Of a DNA stretch of 64,000 nucleotides, positions 42,895-54,297 are shown one piece after another; position 1 is the first letter of the stretch, and each line of letters begins with the position of its first letter. Source of the DNA: Phoronis australis (taxonomy: Eukaryota; Animalia; Phoronida); the NCBI GenBank assembly GCA_002633005.1, contig NMRA01000023.1, positions 417,861 to 481,860 on the forward strand. Reading direction: 5' to 3'. Position numbers and translations under genes: made by a program. The notes beneath the pieces were generated by a model. The model did not search any database and had not been told where the DNA came from. It worked only from the letters and a program-made list of their open reading frames with translations.

Positions 42895-43110
42895 AGGACA
42901 GCATTGTTGAAGGCAAATTCCAAGACACTGGACAATGTTGCTGAGGGCAAATTCTAGGACACTCGGTAATGTTGCTGAAAGCAAATTCCAGGACACTGGA
43001 CAACATTGCTGAGAGCAAATTCCAGAACACTGGTTGCTGAGGGCAAAGTCCAGGACACTAAGCAATGTTTCTGAGAGCAAATCCCAGGACGCTAGGATGT
43101 TGTTGAGATC
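42895..43110 (+). repeat. 34-bp minisatellite, about 6 degenerate copies
   Basis: ggacactggacaatgttgctgagggcaaattcca; gcaaattc recurs at 34-nt spacing. Confidence 0.85.
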
Positions 43111-43536
43111 TGCACCCAGGAGACCATCATCACCCTTCTCAGGGCAGTCTGTAGTCATGCTCCAACAATATATAGAAATATCTACAAGAGGGGTAAGCCG
43201 TTAAAAGGACATCAAACCCGGCCAGACCACGCCTGTTGTCTGTTGACAAAACGTCCAAATGACACATATCTTACAAATTCCACCGGATATCTTCCCATGT
43301 TGTATCCTGAGTCTATGACTTGTTTTAATGATAACTCCATTTGCATAGACAATTTATTTAGCCATTCATTATAATATAAATAGTCATGCATTTACACAAG
43401 TCGTTCTTAGTTGCTAAATGCACCTTAAAGTGACAAGAGTGTAGTAGTCGAAGTTAAACAACTAAACTAGGGTTTTACTAAGACTGCATGTATAATTGTT
43501 ATTGATTACTTTAGAAATATCAAAACAAGGCAAGGA

Positions 43537-43956
43537 TGCTGTACGTGAACTTGGAATCCTGTTTAATCTCAAGATTAAGCGGAAGTGAGTGTTGCGTGAA
43601 TACGCGAAGCAACTTGACAAGTTCACTCAAACAATCACGTTCATGTTCATAAAAATTTGCACTGCACTATATCAAGTTACATTTGAATAAAATAATGTCA
43701 ATTTTAACCAACCTTTTCGACTACGTACGGGCAATCAGTAACAGTTTCACCAAACAATAATCGATGTAGCCATTCACATATTCCTCCGTTTCAGCGACGC
43801 AAGTTACGGTAAAGGAGAAAATGGTTGATTGCGAGGCCAATAATTCTATTAACGAACAAAAATTTTACCCTTTTGCCTTAATTAAAGAATATTAAATTTT
43901 AAGTTCACGCATACGCGATCTTGAGATTACGCAGGATTCCAAGTTCACGCACAGCA
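43537..43956. mobile_element. 420-bp MITE, about 40-bp TIRs, 4-bp AGGA target-site duplication
   Basis: agga|TGCTGTACGTGAACTTGGAATCCTG...CAGGATTCCAAGTTCACGCACAGCA|agga. Confidence 0.8.
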
Positions 43957-44254
43957 AGGAGACTTTCAAAAGGCCAAGTAGCCGTTTGGCTTTCATTCGA
44001 TTTTATTTGCTGTATTTTGAAATGAGTAAGATTTTATGGGGATGTACTATCGCCCGTGTATGTCTGTGGTATACAGACGATGTAATTTCCTAGCCCATAG
44101 CCAGCAGAGGGGCCACGGCACATGTTTCCTACCGGCAAGTCATGAGCATAGTACAGTCGATGGTCTCATGACGTGAGTGAATAACCAGGAAGTTTTTCTG
44201 ATTTTGGTTTAACTGTAAATTTACAATGATTGGGAATGAATGATATACACTTAC

Positions 44255-44287
44255 ACCTCGTTGTCGGTCACTCCCTAGGCTCACCAT
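44255..44287 (-). CDS. TMEM192: TMEM192 exon 1 (MVSLGSDRQRG)
   Basis: ATG at 44287 followed by 33 nt and a gtaagt donor. Phase 0 fits the next exon; GC-richer promoter-like sequence lies upstream. Confidence 0.75.
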
Positions 44288-46246
44288 ACTGCAGAAGACA
44301 CAGAGAGCAAGGAAAACATCAAAATATTTCGAAACTGGGGATCACGGAATTCCCATTTTTGTCCGACTGTCTTGTGACTTATAGACCTAGGTGGCGTGGT
44401 TATCTTGCGGCATGCCGTACGTAGCGCCACTGTGCGACCTTCATACGAAAATGGAAATGCGGATTGGTACGTGTGACTAATGTTCGGCGACAGAATGAGT
44501 TTGTAAACCATGGAACACCAAAGCGGAAAATTTTCAGGAGACGTATTTTCTACCTAAGATTTAAAAATAGACAAAATATTATTTTTAATCCATAAGACTA
44601 AAAATAAATACTTCAAAACCACAATTTTTCTCATGCAACAATTAACAAGGGAACGAAATATATTTGATTTTCATTCTACAAGACCAAAAATAATTACTAA
44701 TATGGATCACCTAAGGACCGAAACTTTACAGTGCCAGGATCTGTAATTTATCACCTCAGTACCTAAAATTTAACACTTCAGAACCAAAAGTTAAAACGCC
44801 AGGACAGGATATAATACGTCAGGACCGATTATAAAAGTTTTTGACGCCAGGAACCGTTGCCACGATACCACGTTACACGGCATCCACAAGGATGACCGAG
44901 TATACAAGGGCGTTGAGCGATGTGTCGCCGATGACTGTCGTAGCCTATTATCGTGGCAATGAAGTTTAATATCTGTTGTCTCTTCCACGCTTTACAACAA
45001 AAGCTCGAATGTCACACTTGGAAATGGGAAAACACCATGACTATTGATCTGGGGAAATACAATACTGCTTGCAGAGATAGAAATCGAAAAAAATGACAAT
45101 CTAACCCACTTGCTCAGCCATAGCAACCTAAGTCCCTGTCGCTCAGCTTGACATTACGCATTTTAACGATCTATTAAAATAGCAAAATATTTTAAACGTA
45201 GTCAAAGACACCTGCCTTGATTTCAACGAATTTCTGGCAGACAACGGAGAAGCCGGATTGGCCGGTGACTTCGTTGTTTTGCACTGAGTAATCCTGGTCA
45301 CAGAGTAACATCAAGAAGCTTATCCCATTCAACAATAGTCCCACAATGTGATTCAGTTCGGTACTAAAATCGACCACGTCTTTTTAAATAGGTTGAAAAT
45401 TCAAGAGCCCTTACGAGAGGGTTAGGACTGATTATTAAAACTACAAAAATTCAGTATTTCTGCAACAAAGTCTTTACTAACGCTCTTGCGTTGGCACACG
45501 GTATAATAACAAACCAAACTTACCATCTGCGATAATGAAGAATAAACGTGCACATGTACACATTATTTTTATTCATTACGGGAATATATGTAAATTATTA
45601 TATTATGTGAGTGTTGGTTACTATGTGAAAACAACAGAGTGTGTTGTTCCGAACTACCGAACTAGAGCGGTCTCTAAGGAAGCTAGAATCAATGCTGTGT
45701 GTAGTCTACCGTTATGGTTTGGGTGGTAATATTTAAATAACCAGGAAGATTTCTGGCTAGTGGATCTAGCACGCTGGCCCTGTCCCTTTTTGTTCACGTT
45801 CTTTGTTTAATGTTAATAGCAAAAATAGCACAGCAAGTTTTCGATAACGTAGCACAACAACAAGTTCTGCGATTCCATTGGCCGGTCCATCGGCTTCCAT
45901 TTTGTAGCTCAGGCTAGTCTCGATCGGTGCCCATGGCTTTCAAGTTTTATTGCAATGTTACTAACTCGAATAACTTTTACATGTACCATAACAACATCCA
46001 CCCAGTTGATACTTTTCTCTTTGTTCCGTTCTTCGAAAACTTCAGCAAGTCGGTCATTCTGCCGATGACTGGTCTACGGATTTGAATTTAAAAAAATACA
46101 GGACTCGCAAGATTCAATTCCATTCTGACGACCCACCTTGCTGCCTGACCGAGTACGCCTATGTTGCACTCCACGGGTAATGTTTCGTATACTGTTGACT
46201 TTCTTTTACGGTTTCGTACTTTCTCTCCGCCAGTTATGCAAAACTG

Positions 46247-46318
46247 TAGCGGAGCAAGGTTTCGATCCTCGGACCTCTGGGTTATGGGCCCAGCACGCTT
46301 CCACTGCGCCACTCTGCT
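46247..46318 (-). tRNA. tRNA-iMet: Initiator tRNA-Met (CAT)
   Basis: AGCAGAGTGGCGCAGTGGAAGCGTGCTGGGCCCATAACCCAGAGGTCCGAGGATCGAAACCTTGCTCCGCTA. Shows A1:U72, three G:C pairs in the anticodon stem, ATCG T-loop, and a TTTT terminator 4 nt downstream. Confidence 0.96.
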
Positions 46319-46639
46319 AACCAGGCTTACAAAGTCCCTACATCTCTCCTAAGTCTTCCGGACATTGCAAGGGTAAAAGTGCGCTGTAGAACAAAAATAC
46401 AAGTAATACCAGGAAGAGATGGCAATACCTATCCTGGAAGTCGACAGTGTAACTTACTGGAAGTGTGCTATCTTTTTGAGAGATTCAAATAGTTATACGA
46501 AAGGCACAACGAAAAGTGTGAAGCCAATATAGCGCAGTGGTCTGAGGATCGACAATTTAATCGAATTTTAATTCAATCACTACCTTTAAAGTAAATATTA
46601 AAAAGTGGCTGTAATTTACCTAACCTTTTATACCCTGCC

Positions 46640-46931
46640 TGTCTTAATCATCTGATTGTTTCATTGTCGTAAATACTCTCATTGTCTAGAGTCATCTCTT
46701 AATTTATTTCATCTGTCTTAGTTAAATTTTTACCACTATTTGTCATTTAGTTAATGTCTTAATTCTCAACCTGTTTTAATTGTATCTTTGTTAGGTATAA
46801 TTCATTGTTGTTTTATTACTTCATTGTAATATATTACTGTTTTTCTTGTTGAGGGCCCTCTTGGAAAGCAGTGCTATCACTGAAGAGGCCACCCTCATTT
46901 TAAATATCACAATAATAAATAAATAAATAAA
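46640..46931 (+). mobile_element. LINE/SINE 3' tail with stem-loop and (TAAA)n
   Basis: T-rich tract, hairpin gagggccctcttggaaagcagtgctatcactgaagaggccaccctc, then aataataaataaataaataaa. Confidence 0.5.
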
Positions 46932-47415
46932 TTTTTAATGATTAAAGTAAACATTGCCCAGATAAGTTGCGGCACCCTGCTCAGATTGGAACTCGGAACG
47001 GTGCTATTAACATGGATGGTGCACCATAGGGGGCTGAGGGGCTATAACCCCCACTTTTTCAATGCTGCGCCGCCCGTGGTCTATGTGCGGTGCCCCACAG
47101 GGGAGCTGGGGAGCAATATCCTCCCACTTTTTTCAGTGCTGACCTTTTAACTAGAGTCCAATTTTAACCAACAGTCGGCAATGAAATATCTGAAATAATT
47201 GACTCTATATTTTTACTGTAAAATCCAAAAGTGAAACCAAAGTGCTCCGCGGATCTCCACACGCGTAGAACATTACACTTATTAGTCCACTTGGAATATA
47301 TCAGCAAATTGATCGCTAAAAGTTCATTACTTAATCAAACAAGGAAATTTATACACGCGAATGACATCCCATAAAAAGGAGTGCAAGCGAGAGTTCTGTT
47401 GTTTCCTGATTCGAC

Positions 47416-47700
47416 ATGGTATTGAAATTAATTGCGCTTTCCTTCATTTTCTGTAAAGCATTTTGTAGTGCGACAGTTACGTTTAGTGAATTTAAGTTGG
47501 GGAAAACAGTCAGCAGCAAATGTGATGGGAGTTCTCTACCGGACGCCTCTGATGTTTCGTTGTGCGCCATTTCGTGCAGCTCCGTGACGCGATGCGTTGC
47601 ATTTCTCTTCAACAGTGCAACGCAAGATTGTCAACAATGTTGGAGTTTGTCGGGAATCTCAAAAGATTCCAAGGATGGCAATATTGCCCTTGGAAGAAAG
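47416..47700 (+). CDS. PAN/apple-like + fibrinogen-related (FReD) secreted protein, copy 1, exon 1
   Basis: Hydrophobic signal peptide, then C-x3-C-x5-C-x-A-F-x-F...C pattern (CAISCSSVTRCVAFLFNSATQDC). Donor gtgag at 47701, phase 0. Confidence 0.85.
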
Positions 47701-48691
47701 GTGAGTTTGTTTTGACAGTCTGTCTCGTCTGTTTTTGTTCAACTGATGTGGAAAATACATCCATGCCGCAAGAATGCCTTTCGGTACACTCAATTCCGAA
47801 CGTTCAAAAAACGTGATTTGGAAACATTTGCGCTAAGAGCAGAAGGTTAGAGTAATCAATTTTGTAACGGTAAACGATCTAAATAAAGAATTGTCAGATT
47901 TGACACGTTAAGTTTGACACGTTGAGCTTGGGACGTTAAGTTTTATGTCAGCAAAAACGAGAGACGAAGTATTTAAGCAATTTGGGAATCAGCGCTCACG
48001 TGCACTAATACAATGCATTAATATATCAGCTTGTAAATTTACCGTTCTCAGTTCACGGGTTCGTAGTATAAATCAGGATGTTTTGGATCAAATACGTTTG
48101 GACTATTAAACTCTAAAGCAAAGTATACGGTAACGTTTATTGTTGTCATGACTACAAAACCAATTGCGGTTAGCATAAGGGGACTTTTATATCAACACAT
48201 ATAAAAAAATTCTAAGAATATATATGCAGACAATCATATTAATGGTAGTCATAATTTAGAAGCAAGGTTTATTGTTAGTCTTAATTAACATTATCTTTTG
48301 TTATCGCTGAACAAATGATCAAAACGTGCTTTCCTTGAATGATTCGATGGGTGCTGATCATTCATCACCAGCATGATACGACCAAAATGAAGATGTAGTG
48401 AGCTTTTAAACGAAAGTGATCTGTATTTTACTGCATTGGTCCACATATCAATTGTGTAGAAGACTATAGCTGCTTTTAAAAGAAATAGACGTGTGCACAT
48501 GGATTTTAATCAACGTTTATGTGAAAGTATCAGAGCTTATTCTGGTCTCAAAGTGACTGGTTAGATGCACGTTTGCCTGCGGAGTCTCGGTGAATGACAC
48601 TAAGTTTAATTCATCATAAAGTCATTCGCCTGAATTCCGCCAGCAAAAATAACATCAAATTAGTGACTTGGAAATGTATTTCGTTTTACAG

Positions 48692-48716
48692 ATATTCCAT
48701 GACTGCTCACAGCCAG
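48692..48716 (+). CDS. PAN-FReD copy 1, 25-nt microexon (IFHDCSQP)
   Basis: ttttacag|ATATTCCATGACTGCTCACAGCCAG|gtagg. It supplies the N-terminal DC motif of the FReD; phase 0/1 links exons 1 and 3 in frame; identical in the paralog. Confidence 0.8.
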
Positions 48717-49959
48717 GTAGGCACACAGACATTTTTTCATTTTCACTTGGTCATCCTTGCCACGCGTTTTTTTTTTCTTTCTTTTGTTATTCGTCATGGT
48801 GTCTTTCTACGATTGGCGTGGCTTGGATTTGCTCCGTAGAGTGCTGTGTAAACCGACAATACATGCGCTGACAGTTGAATGAATGAATGAATGCTGGTTG
48901 ACGTCTCACAAGACTAGAATGATGACTCTATTCCAACACTACCCTTTCTAAAAAAAAACGAAGAAATTTCTGGTTTGAACAAACAGTGAAATCTTCAACC
49001 TCTAATGTTACATTTTTCTCGATGGCTGCTGCCCAATGGAACATTAAAGCTTCCACGGTATCAGGATCAAAATTTCTCCGCTATCTGTCAAGACGAATCT
49101 TAAAGAACTAATTGCGTCATCAGTTGTCTGTGATCAACCTGCCTGTCAACCAATTTAACCTATTTATTCATTTTGCTACCCAAATTATACACATGCGTGT
49201 GTAAACTTCATTGAAAACACAGCTGTACTTTCTGTTGTACTGCTTTATATACACTCGTTTATATTCTCTGCACAATTTGCGGTCTCCCGATGTGAAGTTG
49301 TAAAGCAAATTACCAATAGACTTTACACAAAAATTTAAAATAGTAGCTATTTCAAGATTTCATGTCTGATCCTCAGGTACATGGCAAAATGGACATTGTG
49401 GAAGCGAAATAAATAACGAAATAAAACGTGACAGCAAGTAGAAAGACATACAATCACTAAGTAAGAATGTAACATACGGTAAGAAACTCCCAGCGTGTGG
49501 TAAACACATGTGAGCTGATTATTCAGCACAGGTTTTTCATGACCCCAAAATCTTTAACCGAAATATGTCCTTTTCTACATAGCGAGAGAGCACGAGGGAG
49601 ATACTGCTTTTATTAACAATTTTAGTGAAATACAATGTGTGTTTATCCTCGAAGGCAAAATGCGCTTGATTGCGGATCAATACAACGCAACACAAATGAG
49701 GAAGGAAGGATTAGAAAAAAGACAGTAATTACCACTTACTGTTCTTATATTTCATATATCATTAAAAGACTGAAATAAGAAATAATTTGTTTAATTACTC
49801 CATCAATAAATAAATAAACCTTACACCTGAGTGAAAATTAATGAAGGGTGCAGCATATATTCACAGATTACAACGACTACAATATGAAAAGCAAATTAAT
49901 TGCGTGTAAGTATTAGCTCCATTTGTAAATATGTGTGTGCGTGTGTGTGTGCTTCTACG

Positions 49960-50782
49960 TGTGCAAAAATTAGAAGCGTTTCTGTGTAATAGTGCAATCT
50001 GTATAATTATGGTTATTCAAGGTGGACACAGTTCAGGAGAGCCAGCTCAAGTAATTGCATAATGAACAATCTAAAATTTTGTTCCTGTAATATCTTGAAG
50101 TTCAACAATTGGGCGAGTGTTTATCCTATCTAGAACTGATGAGGGTATTTTTTTCATTGATACTTTTAGGAACATGAAAACGTAAGTAGCGAGTTGCCGT
50201 GATTGATTTGTATAATATGTGCTCTTGTGTATCGGATCGCAGTTGCTACAAGTAACAATAAAGTTTATCAAAAGATCTTGCGAACCATAATTTCTAATTG
50301 GTCTCCTGTTTCAATTGCGACCGCAAATAAAATTGTTTTGAAAGTAATGTTTCCCAAAAACGTTTAAAATATTTTAACAAAAGTTAGGTTTTGACTGTTT
50401 ATGGTATTAAGCTTAGGTATAAATTCTGAAGGAAGTGGAATACCTTGTATTTAGTTTTAGTGACGTTTTATGACAATTTATTTATCGATTACTTGCGAAA
50501 ATGTCTGATGGCTTGTTATGGATTTCAGTTTCGTTTGTTGGATTTGTAGACGAAAGTGTGAGTACCCGTATCATCAGTGTACAGAAGCGTCTCGAAAGAA
50601 GTGGATTTGTGGAGATCATTTACGTAAATAAGAAAATTGAGCGAATCAAAAATAGATCCTTGTCGTACACCTGAGACGATAGTTGATTTTTGGGATTATG
50701 AATTGTCAAATAGAACATATTGCAGTTGACTGGTTAATTAGTTTTGAAGAACAATTGCTCAACTTCAATTATATCGTAAAAT
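49960..50782 (-). mobile_element. Continuation of the same LINE RT on the other side of the YR insertion
   Basis: FYDII...LQYVLFDN...GVRQGSIFDSLNFLIYVNDL...LLYTDDT (cf. GVPQGS...INDL...YADDT) and NKLS*NVTKTKY. Confidence 0.8.
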
Positions 50783-51822
50783 TAACATATCCCTGGCTAC
50801 ACTAACGTCATCGCTGATGCACTTTCTCGTTTCAACTTTCAGGTCGCCTTTTCCCAGGGTTCTTGGCTCAGCCCTCATCCGACACCGATCCCGCCGCACC
50901 TCCTGTCAGAGTGACCAGACTGCTCCGGGGTTCCCTGGCCCCCTCCACTCTTCAGTCCTACACCCGCATCCTGCATAACCTCGCACAGTTTCACCTCTCC
51001 TCTAACAACTCTCCACTCACCTTGCCCATTAATACCTCTTTCCTGGCCCACTACATCTCTCATCCTATGTCTCTGCCATTAGTTTTGTCCACAAACTTGA
51101 CAACCTCTCTGACCCCACTTTCTCCTTTTTCATAAAAAAATTCCTCAAAGGCGCTTCCAATCTGCTCCCTTCTTCTGACACACGCATGCCCATTACTTCA
51201 GCTTTGCTTCACCGCTTGTTTGGCGCCTGCCCTTCTGCACTCGGCTCCTTTGCCGACTCGGTTCTCGCACGTGCTATGTTCCTTCTAGCCTTCCATGCCT
51301 TCCTCAGAGTCGGTGAATTCAGTCACCTCCTCGCTCTCTTCCCACGTCATACAGGTCTGCGACGTCGTCTTAACCCCCTCTGGCGATTCTGTGGTCATCA
51401 CTATGCGTACCTTCAAGCACACCTCGGGACCAGTCTCACTTACAATTCCGTCCAGCCAATCTCCCCGTTGCCCAGTAGCTGCCCTAACCTTGTAGTTGTC
51501 TACTTTTCAGCCCTCTCCTGGCCCTTTGTTCCAATACCTCAGTGGATCACCGGTTACCCGTTCCTGCTTCAACTCCATGTTAACTAAAGTGGTTTCCTTT
51601 GTAGGGCTCGACACCAAGTCTTATACGTCACATAGCTTTTGCATTGGCGCCGCCACCTCAGCGGTGCTGCCATTATGGCGTTTTGCCCATGCCCATCTTG
51701 CAGAGTCTCAGTTAGTTTTATCTATTTACGTCATAATAAATGACATTATTCGCAATTCTCCTACTGTTTTACTCTGCAACATAGCTCGTGGCGTACCCCG
51801 GGCAAAATAGATTACGATGAAT
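50783..51822 (+). mobile_element. Degenerate DIRS/Ngaro-type tyrosine-recombinase retrotransposon fragment (RNase H end + YR)
   Basis: HIPGYTNVIADALSR (RNase H C-terminus); LAPSTLQSY; RMPIT...AMFLLAFHAFLRVGEF; SHSFCIGAATSA (HSFRIGAAT-type YR motif). Frameshifts and stops present. Confidence 0.88.
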
Positions 51823-52690
51823 GAAAGTTTATCTAGCGAGATACCGTTGTCCATTGTGTCAAAGTCTTTTGAAAGATATAAAAAGATGGTTTATGGGTAT
51901 ACCCCCTAGTCCAGATGTCTGTTAATTCTGTCAATTAATTCGAGTGTTACAAATTCAGTTGATTGTAATTTCTTAAAATTATATTGATGTTCATGAAAGA
52001 GAATGTTTATAGTAACGTAGTCATAAATGTGGCCATAGGCAATTTTTCAGATAATTTTGAGATGGCAGGAAGTAGAGAGGTACATGTACGCGTATATCTG
52101 TTAATATCATGTCCATCTAAGTCATTTGATTTGTATATAGGCTCAACTTTGGCAGTTTTCAAATCATTTGGAAAATAACCTTTTTCAAAACATTGAATGG
52201 TGGTGGTAATGAGCGATTTTATATCAAAGGGAGTAATCAATTTCATGAGTTTGGTTGAACTCTTGCCAAATGCTGAGCTAGATTTCGATTTGTTGTTGCC
52301 CAAGGATTTTGAAACATTGTTTCATTTACTGCTTGAAATTTAAATTTTGTTTGCGTAGGATTGCATAAGAAAGAGTCAATTTAGGGTGTGCGTGGCCTGG
52401 AAATTGCTTAGCTAATGATTGGCCAAAATTTACAAAGAAGTTCGCTTCTTAAATTCGTGAGCTATTGACGTTGTATGAAATCTCTTTTCTGTTTGTTTCG
52501 AAATATATTATGGTAATTTAGAAGAGTTGTTGTTTGTTTTGAAAATACTCTTGATCACATTCCATGTCTTGCTGGAATCTTGTTTATATTTGTTGCCATC
52601 AGTGATATTTTCTGCTATCTCTTTCGTAGTTACTTTTTGGCCATCTTGATGTTGATAACGGTCTTGAAAGAATTCATTCTGGAAATGCAT
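51823..52690 (-). mobile_element. Degenerate LINE (CR1/L2-like) ORF2, 5' part of RT
   Basis: KTWNVIKSIF; GYFPNDLKTAKVEPIYK...SLLPAISKLSEKL; ...IFLYLSKDFDT...LDKLS. Confidence 0.85.
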
Positions 52691-52719
52691 AGACAACAAT
52701 TGGGACAGAGATGCACATA

Positions 52720-52837
52720 CGTATGTATGTATGTGCGGGTGTGTGTATCTAGTCTTGCATGTATATGTGTATGTATGTGTATGCATGTATGTATGTGTAT
52801 GCATGCATGTATGAATGTGTGTATGAATTTTATTGCA

Positions 52838-52894
<57 letters not shown>
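52720..52894. repeat. Compound (TGTA)/(TG)n microsatellite
   Basis: Direct reading; explains the HT/VC-repeat ORFs. Confidence 0.95.
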
Positions 52895-52897
<3 letters not shown>

Positions 52898-52974
52898 TGC
52901 ATATTTCACCATATTAATATATATTTTTTCAACAATGGAATACAGTAGCAAAAAAAAAACAAACACAAACACAC

Positions 52975-53585
52975 CCCCACCCGGCCCCCTATTCCAACAC
53001 CTCAGCGGATCACCAATTACCGTTCCTGCTTCAACTCCATGTTAACTAAAGTAGTATCTTTTACAGGCCCCGACACCAAGTCTTATTATTCCCATACTTT
53101 CGCATCGGCGTGGCCACATCAGCGGCCAGCCGTGGCAACCCTCAACCGGCGAACCAGAGGGCGCTAGCGTAGTTAATAACTTTTCTTCATTGTTAGAGTA
53201 CCACATTTAATTAAGGTTTCACTTGCATTAATCAGTGGTTAATAAATGAATTAATTTACTGGATTTAATCATTCTCTCCATCCACGCACACTCGCAAATC
53301 ATTTTAAACAAATCCACAGTCACCTTCTCACATACTTATACCGTTATTCATCGTGAATATCTCTGTTTACAGCCTACTGTTGTTATTGCCCGGGTAACGC
53401 TTCCTCGGATGGGCGATATTAGTATTCACATGCTGCCATCATGGCTTTTTCATGCCCGTCATACAGAGTCTTCTTTATTTCTTCAAATCACGTCATAATA
53501 AATGACATTATTTGCAGTCTTCATTTTGGTTTACTCTGCAACACAGCTCGTGGCGTACCCCGGGCAAAATAGATTACGATAAATG
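52975..53585 (+). mobile_element. Second YR retroelement fragment (YR C-terminus plus 3' terminal sequence)
   Basis: PGPLFQHLSGSPIT...CFNSMLTKVVSF...DTKSYYSHTFRIGVATSAA matches 51515-51665. 53431-53585 matches 51666-51822. Confidence 0.82.
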
Positions 53586-53644
53586 CGTATTACTTGTATA
53601 GACGTACCCTAAATACAACCCTCATTTACTCCCTTACATACATT

Positions 53645-53781
53645 CTCTTGTAAAACCGGGCTCACAGGAGTAGGGGACACTCGTTCAATGCTCGATTGTC
53701 TGCCAGTAAAGTCAGGGTTCGAACCCGATCAGTCTCTCAAAGGGGAGTCCGAAGCTCAAAGCACTGAGCCACACCGTCTCC
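53645..53781 (-). mobile_element. tRNA-derived SINE head
   Basis: Minus strand GGAGACGGTGTGGCTCAGTG (A box)...GGGTTCGAACCC (B box); no complete cloverleaf. Confidence 0.6.
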
Positions 53782-54297
53782 AACGCATAGTTGAAGCCGG
53801 CAACCGGAGTAAAAGATTTCTTGGCCCGTTAGGTTATAAATACAAATACGTAAACTTGTACAAGCAAAGTAGGCCCTAATCCTGACACTTTTGGAACGTT
53901 TTATGAATGATACAATCATACACATTGAAACTGGTGTGGTTTTTGCCCCTAGTAAAAAGCATATCTTATTAATTTTACACAAGGTTCTTCAAAAATTGCA
54001 TGTGGACCTGGTAGGTTTATCGCAAAACATTGAAAAAATGAAGAAGTTGCTGTTTTCATCTCCTACGATAAAAGCATGCCTTATGTTAGTTACATACTGC
54101 AGCTAAATGGAGGCGTAGACTGCTGACTGTTGAAATTTCCAAGCAGGTGCTCCCAGATATATACATACAATTAAAATTTAACATGGTGATTAAACATGCA
54201 GGAGAAGTCAAACAACTAAATGTACTCCTGAATTTGATTGAAACTTATTCATGCATAGCTAGATTTATTGCATGGAGGTCTATTGTTTTTTTTTAAG

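Noticed and set aside
42508-43158. Long ORFs across the N run and Gly/Pro/His-rich tracts
   Set aside because: Artefacts of the assembly gap, the (GGT)n tract and the 34-bp minisatellite in TMEM192 intron 1.
46088-46352. Short ORFs overlapping the tRNA
   Set aside because: Chance translations of the tRNA gene and its flanks.
46851-46896. GAAA...CTGAAGA hairpin as a hammerhead ribozyme
   Set aside because: The core bases are buried in a simple stem and followed by a (TAAA)n tail. This is better explained as a retroposon 3' stem-loop.
47349-47612. Antisense ORFs conserved in both duplicates (also 61157-61435)
   Set aside because: Shadow frames of the real PAN exon; their conservation follows from the duplication.
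52508-53045. ORFs of 70-154 aa rich in HT/VC repeats
   Set aside because: They are translations of the (TG)n/(TGTA)n microsatellite plus LINE and YR debris.
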